The position numbers and the translations under genes are program-made. Shown here one piece after another: positions 22,440 to 33,579 of a DNA stretch of 64,000 nucleotides. Every line of letters begins with the position of its first letter. The stretch's first letter is position 1. Origin of the DNA: Candidatus Planktophila sp. (lineage in GTDB: Bacteria > Actinomycetota > Actinomycetes > Nanopelagicales > Nanopelagicaceae); assembly GCA_003569185.1 (NCBI GenBank), contig BGOJ01000001.1:64557-128556 (forward strand), in the 5' to 3' direction. The notes under the pieces were generated by a model, which saw only the letters and a program-made list of their open reading frames with translations, did not search any database and was not told the origin of the DNA.

Positions 22440-23513
22440 GTGAGCCTTTCAATCGGAATCGTCGGTCTGCCAAATGTGGGTAAATCCACCCTCTTTAATG
22501 CGCTGACTAAAAACAATGTCCTAGCTGCTAACTACCCCTTTGCCACCATCGAACCCAATGTTGGTGTGGTGGGAGTTCCAGATGATCGCTTAGCGGTCTT
22601 GGCAGAAATTTTTACCTCCGAAAAAATTCTGCCCGCTGCGGTTTCCTTTGTTGATATCGCCGGCATTGTGAAAGGTGCCTCTGAAGGTGCAGGTCTTGGA
22701 AATAAGTTCTTAGCAAATATCAGAGAGTCAGATGCGATCTGCCAAGTTATTCGAGTTTTTAAAGATGGTGATGTAGTCCATGTTGATGGCAATGTTGATC
22801 CTAAAAAAGATATGGAAACAATTAACACCGAACTTTGTTTAGCTGATTTGCAAACCTTGGAAAAGGCGATCCCACGTCTTGAAAAAGAGGTTAGAACTGT
22901 TAAGGAAAAGGTGCCAGTTTTGGAGGCGGCAAAAGCTGCTGCCGAAATTTTAAATCAAGGTCAACTTTTGCGAGGCAGCAAGGTTGATATTGCAGCTATT
23001 TCAGAGTTGCAGCTATTAACAGCTAAACCATTTTTATATGTTTTTAATGTTGATGCCGCTGAATTAGCAGATAATAAATTACGGGAAGAGTTAGCAGCAT
23101 TAGTCAAACCAGCGGAGGCGATTTTCTTAGATGCCAAGACAGAGGCAGAGCTTGCTGATTTAGATGAGGCAGATGCGCTGGAATTGCTCAAATCAATTGG
23201 ATTAACCGAGCCAGGATTAACCACATTAGCAAGAGTTGGTTTTAATACATTAGGATTACAGACATATCTGACCGCAGGTCCTAAAGAGGCCAGAGCGTGG
23301 ACGATTCATAAAGGTGATACTGCCCCAGCTGCGGCTGGTGTGATTCACACTGATTTTCAAAAAGGATTTATCAAGGCAGAGGTTGTGGCCTTTGATGATT
23401 TAGTAGCTGCTGGATCAATGGTGCAAGCCCGCGCCAATGGCAAGGTGCGAATGGAAGGTAAGGATTACGTGATGGCCGATGGCGATGTAGTGGAGTTTAG
23501 GTTTAATGTCTAA
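22440..23513 (+). CDS. ychF: Redox-regulated ATPase YchF
   Basis: GLPNVGKSTLFN, NYPFATIEPN, GLGNKFL, C-terminal FRFNV. Confidence 0.98.
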   Translation: MSLSIGIVGLPNVGKSTLFNALTKNNVLAANYPFATIEPNVGVVGVPDDRLAVLAEIFTSEKILPAAVSFVDIAGIVKGASEGAGLGNKFLANIRESDAICQVIRVFKDGDVVHVDGNVDPKKDMETINTELCLADLQTLEKAIPRLEKEVRTVKEKVPVLEAAKAAAEILNQGQLLRGSKVDIAAISELQLLTAKPFLYVFNVDAAELADNKLREELAALVKPAEAIFLDAKTEAELADLDEADALELLKSIGLTEPGLTTLARVGFNTLGLQTYLTAGPKEARAWTIHKGDTAPAAAGVIHTDFQKGFIKAEVVAFDDLVAAGSMVQARANGKVRMEGKDYVMADGDVVEFRFNV

Positions 23514-25404
23514 AAAACAAGCACACTTAAAAGATTTGCCAGTTAAAAAACGAGAAAACCTTCGTAACGTGGCAATTATTGCTCACGTAGATCATGGCAA
23601 GACTACTTTGGTTGATGCCATGCTTTGGCAATCTGGCGCATTCGCAGCCCATAAGAAACAAGATGAAGGCCAAGATCGCATGATGGATTCCATGGATCTA
23701 GAGCGCGAAAAGGGAATTACTATTTTGGCAAAAAACACCGCGGTAAAGCGCGGGGAGACAATTGTAAATATTATCGATACCCCAGGCCACGCAGATTTTG
23801 GTGGCGAGGTAGAGCGCGGCTTAGAGATGGTCGATGGCGTAATTTTATTGGTGGATGCCTCCGAAGGCCCACTGCCACAAACTCGATTTGTACTTCGCAA
23901 AGCTCTACAAAAAAATCTGCCAGTAATTTTAGTAATTAATAAAGTAGACCGACCAGATTCACGAATTGCTGAAGTTGTTGATGAGGCTTACGCACTCTTC
24001 TTAGATTTAGATGCCAATGAAGATCAAATTGAGTTTCCAATTGTTTACGCATCAGCTAAAGCTGGTAAGGCATCCCTTGATCGACCAGCAGATGGTGGCA
24101 TGCCAAATAAAGAGAACTTAGATGTTTTATTTGACACAATATTTTCTGCAATTCCAGCACCGGAATACCATGAGGGTGCACCACTACAAGCACATGTTAC
24201 AAACTTAGATTCATCTCCATTCCTAGGCCGGCTAGCTCTTTGCCGAGTAAGAGAAGGAGTTATTAAGAAGGGGCAATCAGTTACTTGGATTAAAACTGAT
24301 GGTTCAACTGAGCGAGTTAAGGTTTCAGAGCTTTTAATTACCGAAGCTCTAGAGCGGGTACCAGCAATGGAGGCCCATCCAGGTGACATTATCGCGGTGG
24401 CAGGAATTGAAACTATTACCTTAGGTGAAACACTCGCTGATCTAGAAAATCCACATGCACTGCCATTAATTACAGTTGATGAGCCAAGTATTTCGATGAC
24501 TATTGGTATTAATACCTCACCTCTTGCTGGCAAGAGTGGAAATAAGTTAACTGCTCGCCAAGTTAAAGGCCGCCTTGATGCTGAATTAGTTGGAAATGTT
24601 TCACTTCGCGTTTTAAATACCGATCGCCCAGATACTTGGGAGGTGCAGGGACGTGGTGAGCTACAACTTGCAGTATTAGTTGAAATTATGAAACGTGAAG
24701 GATTTGAGTTAACAGTTGGTAAGCCACAAGTTGTTACCAAGATTGTTGATGGCAAGGTTCATGAGCCGATGGAGCGTTTATCAATTGATGCACCAGAGGA
24801 GTACTTAGGTGTGATTACCCAGCTTATGGCTCTTCGTAAGGGGCGAATGGAGCAGATGGTCAACCATGGCACTAGTTGGATTCGTCTGGATTACCGAGTT
24901 CCATCCCGTGGCTTAATTGGTTTTAGAACTGAGTTCTTAACTGAAACTCGTGGTACTGGATTACTTCACCATGTATTTGATGGCTATGAGGCTTGGCATG
25001 GTGAGTTGCGCACTCGCTCAACTGGTTCATTAGTTTCAGATCGAATGGGATCAGTTACTAGCTACGCACTTTATGGCACACAAGATCGCGGCTCAATATT
25101 TGTTGAACCAGGCGATGAGGTTTATGAAGGAATGGTTATTGGTGAGAACTCACGAAGTGAGGATATGGATGTTAACTGCGTTAGGGAGAAAAAGTTAACA
25201 AATATGCGAGCATCTGGCACTGATGAATCAGAGCGTTTAATTCCAGCAAAGAAATTAAATATGGAAGGTGCTCTTGAATTTTGTCGTGAGGATGAGTGCG
25301 TTGAGGTAACCCCAGCGGTTGTTCGAATTCGCAAGGTTATTTTGGATGGATCAACTCGGGCTCGAATTACTTCCAAAAATAAGCGAGCAAACGAGAACTC
25401 ATAA
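23506..25404 (+). CDS. typA: Translational GTPase TypA/BipA
   Basis: AHVDHGKTT, EKGITILAK, DTPGHADFGGEVER, GRGELQL. Confidence 0.98.
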   Translation: MSKKQAHLKDLPVKKRENLRNVAIIAHVDHGKTTLVDAMLWQSGAFAAHKKQDEGQDRMMDSMDLEREKGITILAKNTAVKRGETIVNIIDTPGHADFGGEVERGLEMVDGVILLVDASEGPLPQTRFVLRKALQKNLPVILVINKVDRPDSRIAEVVDEAYALFLDLDANEDQIEFPIVYASAKAGKASLDRPADGGMPNKENLDVLFDTIFSAIPAPEYHEGAPLQAHVTNLDSSPFLGRLALCRVREGVIKKGQSVTWIKTDGSTERVKVSELLITEALERVPAMEAHPGDIIAVAGIETITLGETLADLENPHALPLITVDEPSISMTIGINTSPLAGKSGNKLTARQVKGRLDAELVGNVSLRVLNTDRPDTWEVQGRGELQLAVLVEIMKREGFELTVGKPQVVTKIVDGKVHEPMERLSIDAPEEYLGVITQLMALRKGRMEQMVNHGTSWIRLDYRVPSRGLIGFRTEFLTETRGTGLLHHVFDGYEAWHGELRTRSTGSLVSDRMGSVTSYALYGTQDRGSIFVEPGDEVYEGMVIGENSRSEDMDVNCVREKKLTNMRASGTDESERLIPAKKLNMEGALEFCREDECVEVTPAVVRIRKVILDGSTRARITSKNKRANENS

Positions 25405-25456
25405 CCATTATTGGGTAATAACCCTTAATGTCAGCGCCGGCTTGTTAAATTAAGCC

Positions 25457-28400
25457 GTGGCCAGCGCAAAAAATACTATCGAGTTAAATCTAGTTAGAGC
25501 TGGCGCAAATCAGGCCCAAATTGCAAAACATGAATTAACCAGTGAACAACTTCAAGTCATAAATCACCGCAGCTCACAATTATTAGTTCTAGGCTCAGCT
25601 GGCTCTGGAAAAACCACCACTTTAATTGCTGCGATCTCAAATCGAATTTCGCAAGGTTTTGATCCAAACTCAATATTGGCAATTACCTATGGCCGAGATT
25701 CAGCCAGCAAATTGCGAGATCAAATAGCTTCTGCAAACCCAGCCTTACACACAGTTGCCGAACCAATAGCAAGAACCTTTCACTCCTTAGCATTTATGAT
25801 TTTAAATGATCCAATTAATTTGGAAAGTTCTAATGAGAAAAAATATGTTCTACTTTCCGGTGCCGAACAAGATGCGCAGATCAGACAATTATTAGCGCTA
25901 GATGCGGCTGATCCATCGCAAACCTTATGGCCAGCTGATTTAAGTGCGGCCCTAACCACCAGAGGTTTTGCTAAGGAGCTTCGTGAATTTATTAGCCGTG
26001 CTACTGAAAGAGGCAGCTCACCGCAGGAGTTAAATGCATTTGCTAAAAAGTATGAGCAAAGGTACTGGCCTGCGATCTGTCAGTTTTGGGAAAAGTATAA
26101 AAGTGCGATGGCGTTGCGCGATGGCACTACAACTCACTCATTTAACCGGGTTGATCCGAGTGAGTTAATTATTTTAGCTGCAGAAAAACTTGAGAGTAAT
26201 CAGAGATTACTTGATAAATACCGCAAATTGTTTCAAGTCATATATGTCGATGAGTTTCAAGAATCAGATCGGGCGCAGCGAAAATTATTAAAACTACTAA
26301 GTAATCAGGAGTTAGTGATCTTTGCTGATCCACAAAGTGCGGTGGGTAGATTTAGAGGAGCAGATCCCGAGAACTTGCTGGCAGATTTAGAGCAGTTTGG
26401 AATCAAGGACAAGATAACTCTGCAAAGTAAATTGCGAAGTGATCCTGCCCAACAAACTGTTCTGCTAAGTAGTGTGAGTGAAGAGGCAAATTTTATTGCT
26501 CATCAATTTAGATCAGCTCACTTAATTAATGGCCTTCCATGGTCGCAGATGGCAGTAATTGTTAGATCCCCTGGTGCGCAAATAGCTGCATTACAACGAG
26601 CATTTGCAATGAACTCAATTCCAGTTGAAATCGATGCCACCGCACTTTCCTTAGCTGATAACCCAGCAATTCGGCCAATAATCACCATCGCACAAATTGC
26701 CTTGGGCCAATTAAAACTAACTACTAGCAACTGGGAGCAAGTTGAAGAGTTGTTAAAGAGTGAGTTTGCCGGCGCAGATGCAATATCAATTAGGCAGATG
26801 CGAATTGCTCTAACTAGAGCGCAAAGTGGTGATCAGGTTAAGAGTTCAACTGAATTGATCTTAGATTGCTTGACCTCACCGAGTGCTGATCTGCCATGGG
26901 AGCAACTAACTAGCCTTAAGCGAATTAATGATTTGATTAAAGTAGCTAAAAAGAGTTTAAGCAGCTCATCTGATATTTCAGATTTACTGTGGAGCATATG
27001 GAGTAATGGTAAGAATTATGAAGGTGATTTGATTTCACAAATTTGGCAACAAACTGCGCTGGCAGGGGGCGTGCGAGGTGGGATTGCTGATCAAAATCTT
27101 GATGCGGTAATTACTTTATTTGAAGTTGCCAGACGTTTTAGCCAGCGCCTACCTGGTGCTAAACCATCCCTTTTTATAGATCAACTTCTTGGCGAGAAAA
27201 TTCTCTCCGACAGTATTACCGCTACCGCACAGCGCGGTGAGGTAGTGCAGGTAATGACAGTGCATTCAGCCAAAGGTTTAGAGTGGCAATATGTGGCACT
27301 TGCTGGAATGCAAGAGGGTAGTTGGCCTAACTTAAAGCAACGCGGATCATTACTTGGCTCTGAGCGATTAGTTGAAATATTTCGACATGGCATCAGCAAT
27401 GCTGAACAACTAGATGCGATCTCAGCTGCTGGGTTAGCAGAGGATGAGAAAAGATTATTAAATGTTGCATTAACAAGAGCTAGCAAGCAGGTATTTATCA
27501 CCGCAGTTGCCCATGAAGATAATCAACCCTCTAGATACTTTGAAAAATTAGCACCGGAAGATATTCAAGTAAGCCAAACTCAAAGATCTATTACCCAACC
27601 TGCTTTGGTTGCAGCGCTGCGCCGGATGGCAAGTTATGCCAGCGATGAAGATTCAAAGTTTGCAGCAAAGGCTCTTAAAACATTGGCCAGCAATGGGGTT
27701 AGAGCAGCGGATCCAAAAAATTGGATTGGCATAACACCGCCATCAACAGAGCTGCCAGTTATTGGCGAAGATGAGCAGTTAAGAATTTCACCTAGCTCAC
27801 TTGAATCCTTTACTGAGTGTGGACTTAAGTGGATGTTAGAACAAAGTGGTGGCAAAGATGCAGATTCAACTGCTCAAGTACTTGGCTCCGCCATCCATGT
27901 GATTGCCGCCCAATTAAAGGATCAACCATCTCTTACCTTAGATCAACTAGAGGCGAAGTTAAAAGGTGCTTGGTCATTAATTGATATGAACAAGGGCTGG
28001 ATAAAAGATTACGAATACCGCAGAGCAGCATTAATGTTGCAAAAATTCTATGGTTGGCATTTGAGTAATAAAAATAAGTTAATTGGTGTTGAAGAAAAGT
28101 TTGAGTTTAAGTTAGGGAATGCAGTTGTATCTGGCTCAATAGATCGAGTGGAGTTAACAAGTGAAGGAAAGTATTACATTGTTGATTTAAAAACAGGGGC
28201 TACGCCAATTTCCTTTGAAGATGCCCAAAGTAACAAGCAATTACAAAGCTACCAATTAGCGGTGGTTAATGATGGTTTTAAGAATAAGTTAGAACATCAG
28301 GAGGTGGCTGGTGCGCAACTAATTTTCGTAGGAGATCATAAAGGCAAGGAAGCAAAGCCACGCCCGCAAGATCAAGTTAATGCTAAAGCGGTAAGTGCAG

Positions 28401-28531
28401 AGATTTCAGAGATTGCTATCGGGATGAGTGATAAAAGCTTTGTCGCAATTATTAATGATCGCTGTCGAAGTTGCGCAGTTAAATCCTCTTGCCCAATACA
28501 GCCAGCAGGTAAGTCGGTGATTGATTTATGA
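25457..28531 (+). CDS. adnA: Helicase-nuclease subunit AdnA
   Basis: UvrD motifs GSAGSGKT, DEFQE, HSAKGLEW; C-terminal PD-(D/E)xK (IDRVE...VDLKTG) with a Cys cluster. Confidence 0.88.
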   Translation: MASAKNTIELNLVRAGANQAQIAKHELTSEQLQVINHRSSQLLVLGSAGSGKTTTLIAAISNRISQGFDPNSILAITYGRDSASKLRDQIASANPALHTVAEPIARTFHSLAFMILNDPINLESSNEKKYVLLSGAEQDAQIRQLLALDAADPSQTLWPADLSAALTTRGFAKELREFISRATERGSSPQELNAFAKKYEQRYWPAICQFWEKYKSAMALRDGTTTHSFNRVDPSELIILAAEKLESNQRLLDKYRKLFQVIYVDEFQESDRAQRKLLKLLSNQELVIFADPQSAVGRFRGADPENLLADLEQFGIKDKITLQSKLRSDPAQQTVLLSSVSEEANFIAHQFRSAHLINGLPWSQMAVIVRSPGAQIAALQRAFAMNSIPVEIDATALSLADNPAIRPIITIAQIALGQLKLTTSNWEQVEELLKSEFAGADAISIRQMRIALTRAQSGDQVKSSTELILDCLTSPSADLPWEQLTSLKRINDLIKVAKKSLSSSSDISDLLWSIWSNGKNYEGDLISQIWQQTALAGGVRGGIADQNLDAVITLFEVARRFSQRLPGAKPSLFIDQLLGEKILSDSITATAQRGEVVQVMTVHSAKGLEWQYVALAGMQEGSWPNLKQRGSLLGSERLVEIFRHGISNAEQLDAISAAGLAEDEKRLLNVALTRASKQVFITAVAHEDNQPSRYFEKLAPEDIQVSQTQRSITQPALVAALRRMASYASDEDSKFAAKALKTLASNGVRAADPKNWIGITPPSTELPVIGEDEQLRISPSSLESFTECGLKWMLEQSGGKDADSTAQVLGSAIHVIAAQLKDQPSLTLDQLEAKLKGAWSLIDMNKGWIKDYEYRRAALMLQKFYGWHLSNKNKLIGVEEKFEFKLGNAVVSGSIDRVELTSEGKYYIVDLKTGATPISFEDAQSNKQLQSYQLAVVNDGFKNKLEHQEVAGAQLIFVGDHKGKEAKPRPQDQVNAKAVSAEISEIAIGMSDKSFVAIINDRCRSCAVKSSCPIQPAGKSVIDL

Positions 28532-31500
28532 GCATTAAATACTCAGCGCTAGATATCGCAAAGAAAATTACTGCAGTTGATCCTTCTTTTAGAGTGCCAA
28601 CGCAGGAGCAAATTCCAATTATCGAGTCCCCTCTGGCGCCAGCTGTAGTTATTGCAGGTGCTGGATCTGGCAAAACAGAAACCATGAGCCAGCGAGTTTT
28701 ATTTTTAGTAGCAAACTCAATCATTACCCCAAACCAATTACTGGGTTTAACTTTCACAAGAAAAGCAGCTGGTGAACTATCAAAGCGAATTAAATATCGC
28801 CTTCGCCAACTAAAAAAGGCTGGTCTTTTGCCAGATCACTTAGATGAGTCGGAGTTAACTGTCTCTACCTATCACTCATACGCTGGCAAAGTTTTAGCCG
28901 ATCATGCAATTCGAATCGGTATTGATGCCGATGCTGATCCAATTGGTGAGGCAGCTGCATGGCAGATTGCATTTGAAGAGGTCACTAGATTTTCTGGAAA
29001 TGATTTACCAATTAATGGTTCAACTGCCTCAGTTGTGCAAGAGGTTATGGATTTATCCACCCAATTGGCAGAAAATGATCGAAGCGCGGATGAAATCATT
29101 ACTTACACCGAGAAATTACTTTCCAAACTCTCACAATTTAGTGACCGCCAAACTGTTCCGGTAATTGAATTTAAAGAAGAGTTACAACAGCGGCTGGCAA
29201 TCTTGCCGATTGTGGATGCCTTTGATCGCCGGCGAAAAGAAAATGGCCTATTAACCTTTAATGATCATATGTCTATTGCTGCTCGGTTGGTTAGTGAAAG
29301 TAAGTTAAACCATAGTGATGACATCGGAGAGATTGAGCGAAGCAAATATAAAGTTGTTTTACTTGATGAGTATCAAGATACATCTTTTAACCAAATTAAG
29401 TTCCTTTCAAATCTTTATGGAAATAATCATCCAGTAACAGCTGTTGGCGACCCTAACCAAGCCATCTACGGCTGGCGCAGCGCAAGCTCTGAAACTTTAG
29501 ATACTTTCTCACAATCCTTTAGTAGCAAAGCATTGCGATTTAATCTTCTAACAACTTGGCGAAATGATAATTCAATACTGGATCTGGCAAATGTTGTAAT
29601 TGATCAAATCTCAACTGAAAAACAGATTGCAAAGTTAACTGCCAGACCAAATGCAAAGACAGGTGAGGTTATTTGCGCTGTTTATGATACGCAAATTCAA
29701 GAAGGGCAGGAGATTGCTTCCTACTTTGCCAAGTACTGGTTTGATAACGAGCGAGAGAAATTACCGGCAGATAAGAAGACAACCTTTGCGGTATTGGTCA
29801 GAAGCAGATCACAAATTGATTTAATTCAATCGGCCTTTAGTGAGTTAAACATCCCAACCGATGTTGTAGGAGTTGGTGGCTTGATTAATACTCCTGAAGT
29901 AGCTGACATTATTGCTCTGCTGCGCACACTTACTATGCCTGAATCTGGCACTGCTCTAATGCGCTTACTTACTGGACCTCATCTAAATCTAGGTGCTAGA
30001 GATTTAATGGCACTTGGTAGTTTTACTAAATCATTTGCCAGAGCAAATGATTACTCACGTGGTGCTCAACTAAAGCAGGCACTTGAAGAGAGTATTGAGA
30101 TCGCATCTACCGCTGATGAGTTTGCCGCCGGCTCAATCATTGAATCACTTGAGCAATTATTGATTTTAACTCCAGCAGAGTTAAAAAAATATCAAAAGAC
30201 TCCAGAGTTTACCGATGAAGGATTAGCTAGATTAAGAAAATTTGCACTCTCACTTCGCACCCTAAGACGTAATTTAACTGGTTCAATCACCGATGCAATT
30301 TCACAAGTATCTGAGTTTTTATCACTTGATACTGAAGTATTAGTAAGAGATGGCTGGCAAAATGGTCGCAGAAACATTGATCGCCTTTTAGATGAGGCGG
30401 CTAGATTTCAAAAAAATGGTGGCACTCTATTTAACTTCTTGCAATGGTTAAAGATTGCTCAAGATGCAGAGGGTGGATTAAAACCAGCAGAGGTTGATGT
30501 TAGAAGTGATGCGGTTCAGATTTTAACCATTCACGCAGCAAAGGGTGCTGAATGGGATTATGTTGCTATTCCTGGTTTGGCTGAGAAGAATTTTCCAAAT
30601 ATTGGTAAAAAGTCAGATAACTGGATAACTAATGCTGGCAGCATTCCAGTCAGCATGCGTGGTGATTATCAACAACTACCATCAATTACCTTTGAGAATT
30701 TTTCAACTAATAAGAATTTAAAGGATGGAATAGAAAGTTTTGGTGATCAGTGGAAAGCTCGCAAAGCCATGGAGGAGATGCGCCTGGCATATGTTGCAAT
30801 TACTAGGGCAAAGCAAGGCTTAATTTGCACAACCTCACATTTTAGAACTGGTGAAAATGCTGTTTCACCAAGCAGGCTATTTCAATTGTTTGCTAATGCA
30901 GCAATCAATATTTCAGGTGCAACTGTTATTGCAGGTTCAGAGATTCCAGATGGAATAAATCCAATGAAGGAAAATCCAATTACCGCCACTTGGCCCAAGA
31001 CAAATCCAGCTATTTTAAAACTGCAAGAGGTAGCTAAGTTAGTTGATTCATCCCAGCCATACACCAAGGAAGAGGTTGAGCAACTTGTTGCAAAATCTAC
31101 CGATAATGAAAAGGTTGGTTTGCTTACGGACTTAAAAATGCTAATTAATGAAATTAAATCAAAAAGTAGTAAGCAAGATGTAATTTTGCCAACTAGATTG
31201 TCAGTTTCAACCTTGCTATATCTTGCTAATGACCCACAAGAGCTTGCCCTTAGATTAAGAAGACCAATGCCAAACCACATTGATAAATATGCAAGAAGAG
31301 GAACAGAGTTTCATCTTTGGCTTGAAAACCATTTTAAGCACCCAGCTTTGATCTCAATGGATGAGTTGTTTAATCTCAATTCAACTGCCAGCTCTGATCA
31401 AGACGCACCACTAGACAAGTTGCAAGAGGCGTGGCTGGCAAGTGATTGGGCAAAGAAAGCACCAATTGATGTTGAGGTTGGTTTTGAAACCATGATTGAT

Positions 31501-31788
31501 GCCACCTTGATTAGAGGAAGAGTTGATGCAGTTTATAAGGTGGATGCTGATCATTACGAGGTAGTGGATTGGAAAACTGGAAAGGTTAAATCCGGTGATG
31601 ATCTTCAATCAGCCTCAATACAACTTGCTATGTATCGACTTGCCTATGCAAAACTTAAGAATCTGCCAATTGAAAATATCTCGGCTGCGTTTCACTACGT
31701 TATCGATAATCAAACCGTTAGGCCAGCTGATATTTTAGATGAGCAAGGTTTAATTAATTTAGTAAGTAGAGTGCCGCTTCAGATTTGA
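28528..31788 (+). CDS. adnB: Helicase-nuclease subunit AdnB
   Basis: AGAGSGKT, DEYQD, HAAKGAEW; C-terminal RVDAVY...VDWKTG...QLAMY. Confidence 0.9.
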   Translation: MSIKYSALDIAKKITAVDPSFRVPTQEQIPIIESPLAPAVVIAGAGSGKTETMSQRVLFLVANSIITPNQLLGLTFTRKAAGELSKRIKYRLRQLKKAGLLPDHLDESELTVSTYHSYAGKVLADHAIRIGIDADADPIGEAAAWQIAFEEVTRFSGNDLPINGSTASVVQEVMDLSTQLAENDRSADEIITYTEKLLSKLSQFSDRQTVPVIEFKEELQQRLAILPIVDAFDRRRKENGLLTFNDHMSIAARLVSESKLNHSDDIGEIERSKYKVVLLDEYQDTSFNQIKFLSNLYGNNHPVTAVGDPNQAIYGWRSASSETLDTFSQSFSSKALRFNLLTTWRNDNSILDLANVVIDQISTEKQIAKLTARPNAKTGEVICAVYDTQIQEGQEIASYFAKYWFDNEREKLPADKKTTFAVLVRSRSQIDLIQSAFSELNIPTDVVGVGGLINTPEVADIIALLRTLTMPESGTALMRLLTGPHLNLGARDLMALGSFTKSFARANDYSRGAQLKQALEESIEIASTADEFAAGSIIESLEQLLILTPAELKKYQKTPEFTDEGLARLRKFALSLRTLRRNLTGSITDAISQVSEFLSLDTEVLVRDGWQNGRRNIDRLLDEAARFQKNGGTLFNFLQWLKIAQDAEGGLKPAEVDVRSDAVQILTIHAAKGAEWDYVAIPGLAEKNFPNIGKKSDNWITNAGSIPVSMRGDYQQLPSITFENFSTNKNLKDGIESFGDQWKARKAMEEMRLAYVAITRAKQGLICTTSHFRTGENAVSPSRLFQLFANAAINISGATVIAGSEIPDGINPMKENPITATWPKTNPAILKLQEVAKLVDSSQPYTKEEVEQLVAKSTDNEKVGLLTDLKMLINEIKSKSSKQDVILPTRLSVSTLLYLANDPQELALRLRRPMPNHIDKYARRGTEFHLWLENHFKHPALISMDELFNLNSTASSDQDAPLDKLQEAWLASDWAKKAPIDVEVGFETMIDATLIRGRVDAVYKVDADHYEVVDWKTGKVKSGDDLQSASIQLAMYRLAYAKLKNLPIENISAAFHYVIDNQTVRPADILDEQGLINLVSRVPLQI

Positions 31789-32633
31789 AGCATTACTCCA
31801 ATTGGAATGTGATCAGATATTCCAGGGTTTGTTGATTTAATCTCTTCGTGGGTTACTCGAGAAGTTTTTAGCAAGCTCTTCCTTGCCATTATGTAATCAA
31901 ATTGGATCTTGGGATCCCAACTTGGGTAGGTCGATTGCGATAAAACTGATCTAAATCCACTTAATTTGCTCGGTAAATTTGCAGGCAAATTCAGATCACC
32001 GGCAAGTACTGAAATCCCAGCTAGTTTTTTTAGGTATGAAGAAAGTTTATTCAACTGGAAAATATTTACACCGGGCACAAAGGATAGGTGGGTGGTGGCT
32101 ATTGTTAATCCATTTTCTAGCTCGGCAATTAGTGCAACCCTTGGTTCATCTTTAACATATATAAATCGAACCCCCTTGCCATTATCTTTTGGAATAAGCA
32201 GCGGCATTCCAATGAGAGATCTGCCTAACTTTTTAACATATAGTTTTTTAATAGGTTGATTGGTTGCTAGAGCTATGCCATAACTTGCCACATCATTACT
32301 TTGATAATTCTCTGAAGTAATAATTGCTTGATTTAAATCCTTAACCTTGCGCCATTTTTCACCTGGTGTACCAATTAAGGTTGGTAGGTATGCCCAGTAT
32401 TTAAGGTGCATAACTTCGGCAATCAATTTACTTTGATTAATGCCACCAGATCTTGTTTGAAAATTATCAACCTCTTGCAGTGCCAAAAAATCTGGTTGCA
32501 TTTTTTCTGCCACATTTTTAGCGGCACTTTCTAACTCCACCTGCCAGTTTTGAGAGTCAGTCGGTGGAATTTTCTGGCCATGTAAAAGATTCCATGAGAT
32601 CACTCTCATCTTTTGAACGGGGGCGACAACCAT
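31779..32633 (-). CDS. Endonuclease/exonuclease/phosphatase (EEP) family protein
   Basis: SWNL, LQEVD, THLS, GDLN, FDYI, SDH motifs. Confidence 0.88.
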   Translation of the reverse strand: MVVAPVQKMRVISWNLLHGQKIPPTDSQNWQVELESAAKNVAEKMQPDFLALQEVDNFQTRSGGINQSKLIAEVMHLKYWAYLPTLIGTPGEKWRKVKDLNQAIITSENYQSNDVASYGIALATNQPIKKLYVKKLGRSLIGMPLLIPKDNGKGVRFIYVKDEPRVALIAELENGLTIATTHLSFVPGVNIFQLNKLSSYLKKLAGISVLAGDLNLPANLPSKLSGFRSVLSQSTYPSWDPKIQFDYIMARKSLLKTSRVTHEEIKSTNPGISDHIPIGVMLQI

Positions 32634-32658
32634 GATGACAGGCTAGTAGGGTCAGGCG

Positions 32659-33579
32659 GTGATGGCGCCTCATAAACCACTAAAACTTCCGTTGGCAGCA
32701 GCTGAGGTCGATCGCGCTGCCCACCTGCGAAGTGATGCAACCTATCTAGATTCAGCCTGGCCCGATGCAGCAGTACTCCTATTTTGCGATGAAAAATTTG
32801 CGACCAAAAATAATCAATTACTTTTCACAACAGGTGCAGAACTTGGTAAGTATCAAGATCAAAGTGATTACTTCTTAGGAGTTAAAGATGAAAAGCCATT
32901 TTTTGTCCGCCACTTAGAAAGCAATCAGGTGGCGGAAGTTGAGTTTAAGACGCTTCGAGAGGTTGGCTCATTTTTATCTGCCAGAGATATTGGTTTAGCA
33001 GTTCACGCCCAGGGGCTAGCTAATTGGCATAAGAAGCATCCAAGGTGTGCTCTCTGCGGAGAAAAAACTTTGGTTGTGTTAGCAGGCTCGGTTCGAAGAT
33101 GCCCTGCAGATCAAAGTGAACATTATCCGCGAACCGATAGCGCAATAATTGTTTTAGTAAAGGATGAAGCGGATCGAATCTTATTAGGCAGGCAAAAAGT
33201 TTGGCCAAAGAATAGATTTTCAACCTTTGCTGGATTTGTTGAACCAGGTGAATCATTTGAAAATTGCGTCACAAGAGAGGTAATGGAGGAGGCAGGTGTT
33301 GAACTAACTCAGATCAATTACCTAGGTTCTCAACCTTGGCCATTTCCAGCATCTTTAATGATTGCATTTGAAGCAATAACTCATACTCCGCAAATAGCCA
33401 GACCTGATGGTGAAGAGATTGAGGAGATTCGTTGGTTTACTCGTTCTGATATGAAAGATGCAATTGCAGATAAATCTTTAATACTTCCGCTGGAAATAAG
33501 TGTGGCTCGGCAGATGATCAAGGCTTGGTATGGAGAGAACGCGGATAAGGATTTGGTTGGCAATGAATCATGGCGATAG
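32659..33579 (+). CDS. nudC: NADH pyrophosphatase
   Basis: Zn-ribbon CALCG; Nudix box GFVEPGE...REVMEEAG; SQPWPFP. Confidence 0.96.
   Translation: MMAPHKPLKLPLAAAEVDRAAHLRSDATYLDSAWPDAAVLLFCDEKFATKNNQLLFTTGAELGKYQDQSDYFLGVKDEKPFFVRHLESNQVAEVEFKTLREVGSFLSARDIGLAVHAQGLANWHKKHPRCALCGEKTLVVLAGSVRRCPADQSEHYPRTDSAIIVLVKDEADRILLGRQKVWPKNRFSTFAGFVEPGESFENCVTREVMEEAGVELTQINYLGSQPWPFPASLMIAFEAITHTPQIARPDGEEIEEIRWFTRSDMKDAIADKSLILPLEISVARQMIKAWYGENADKDLVGNESWR

Noticed and set aside
24045-24755. Long antisense ORFs (for example 24045-24755, 56107-56703, 21829-22272)
   Set aside because: They shadow well-supported genes on the opposite strand and have no recognisable motifs
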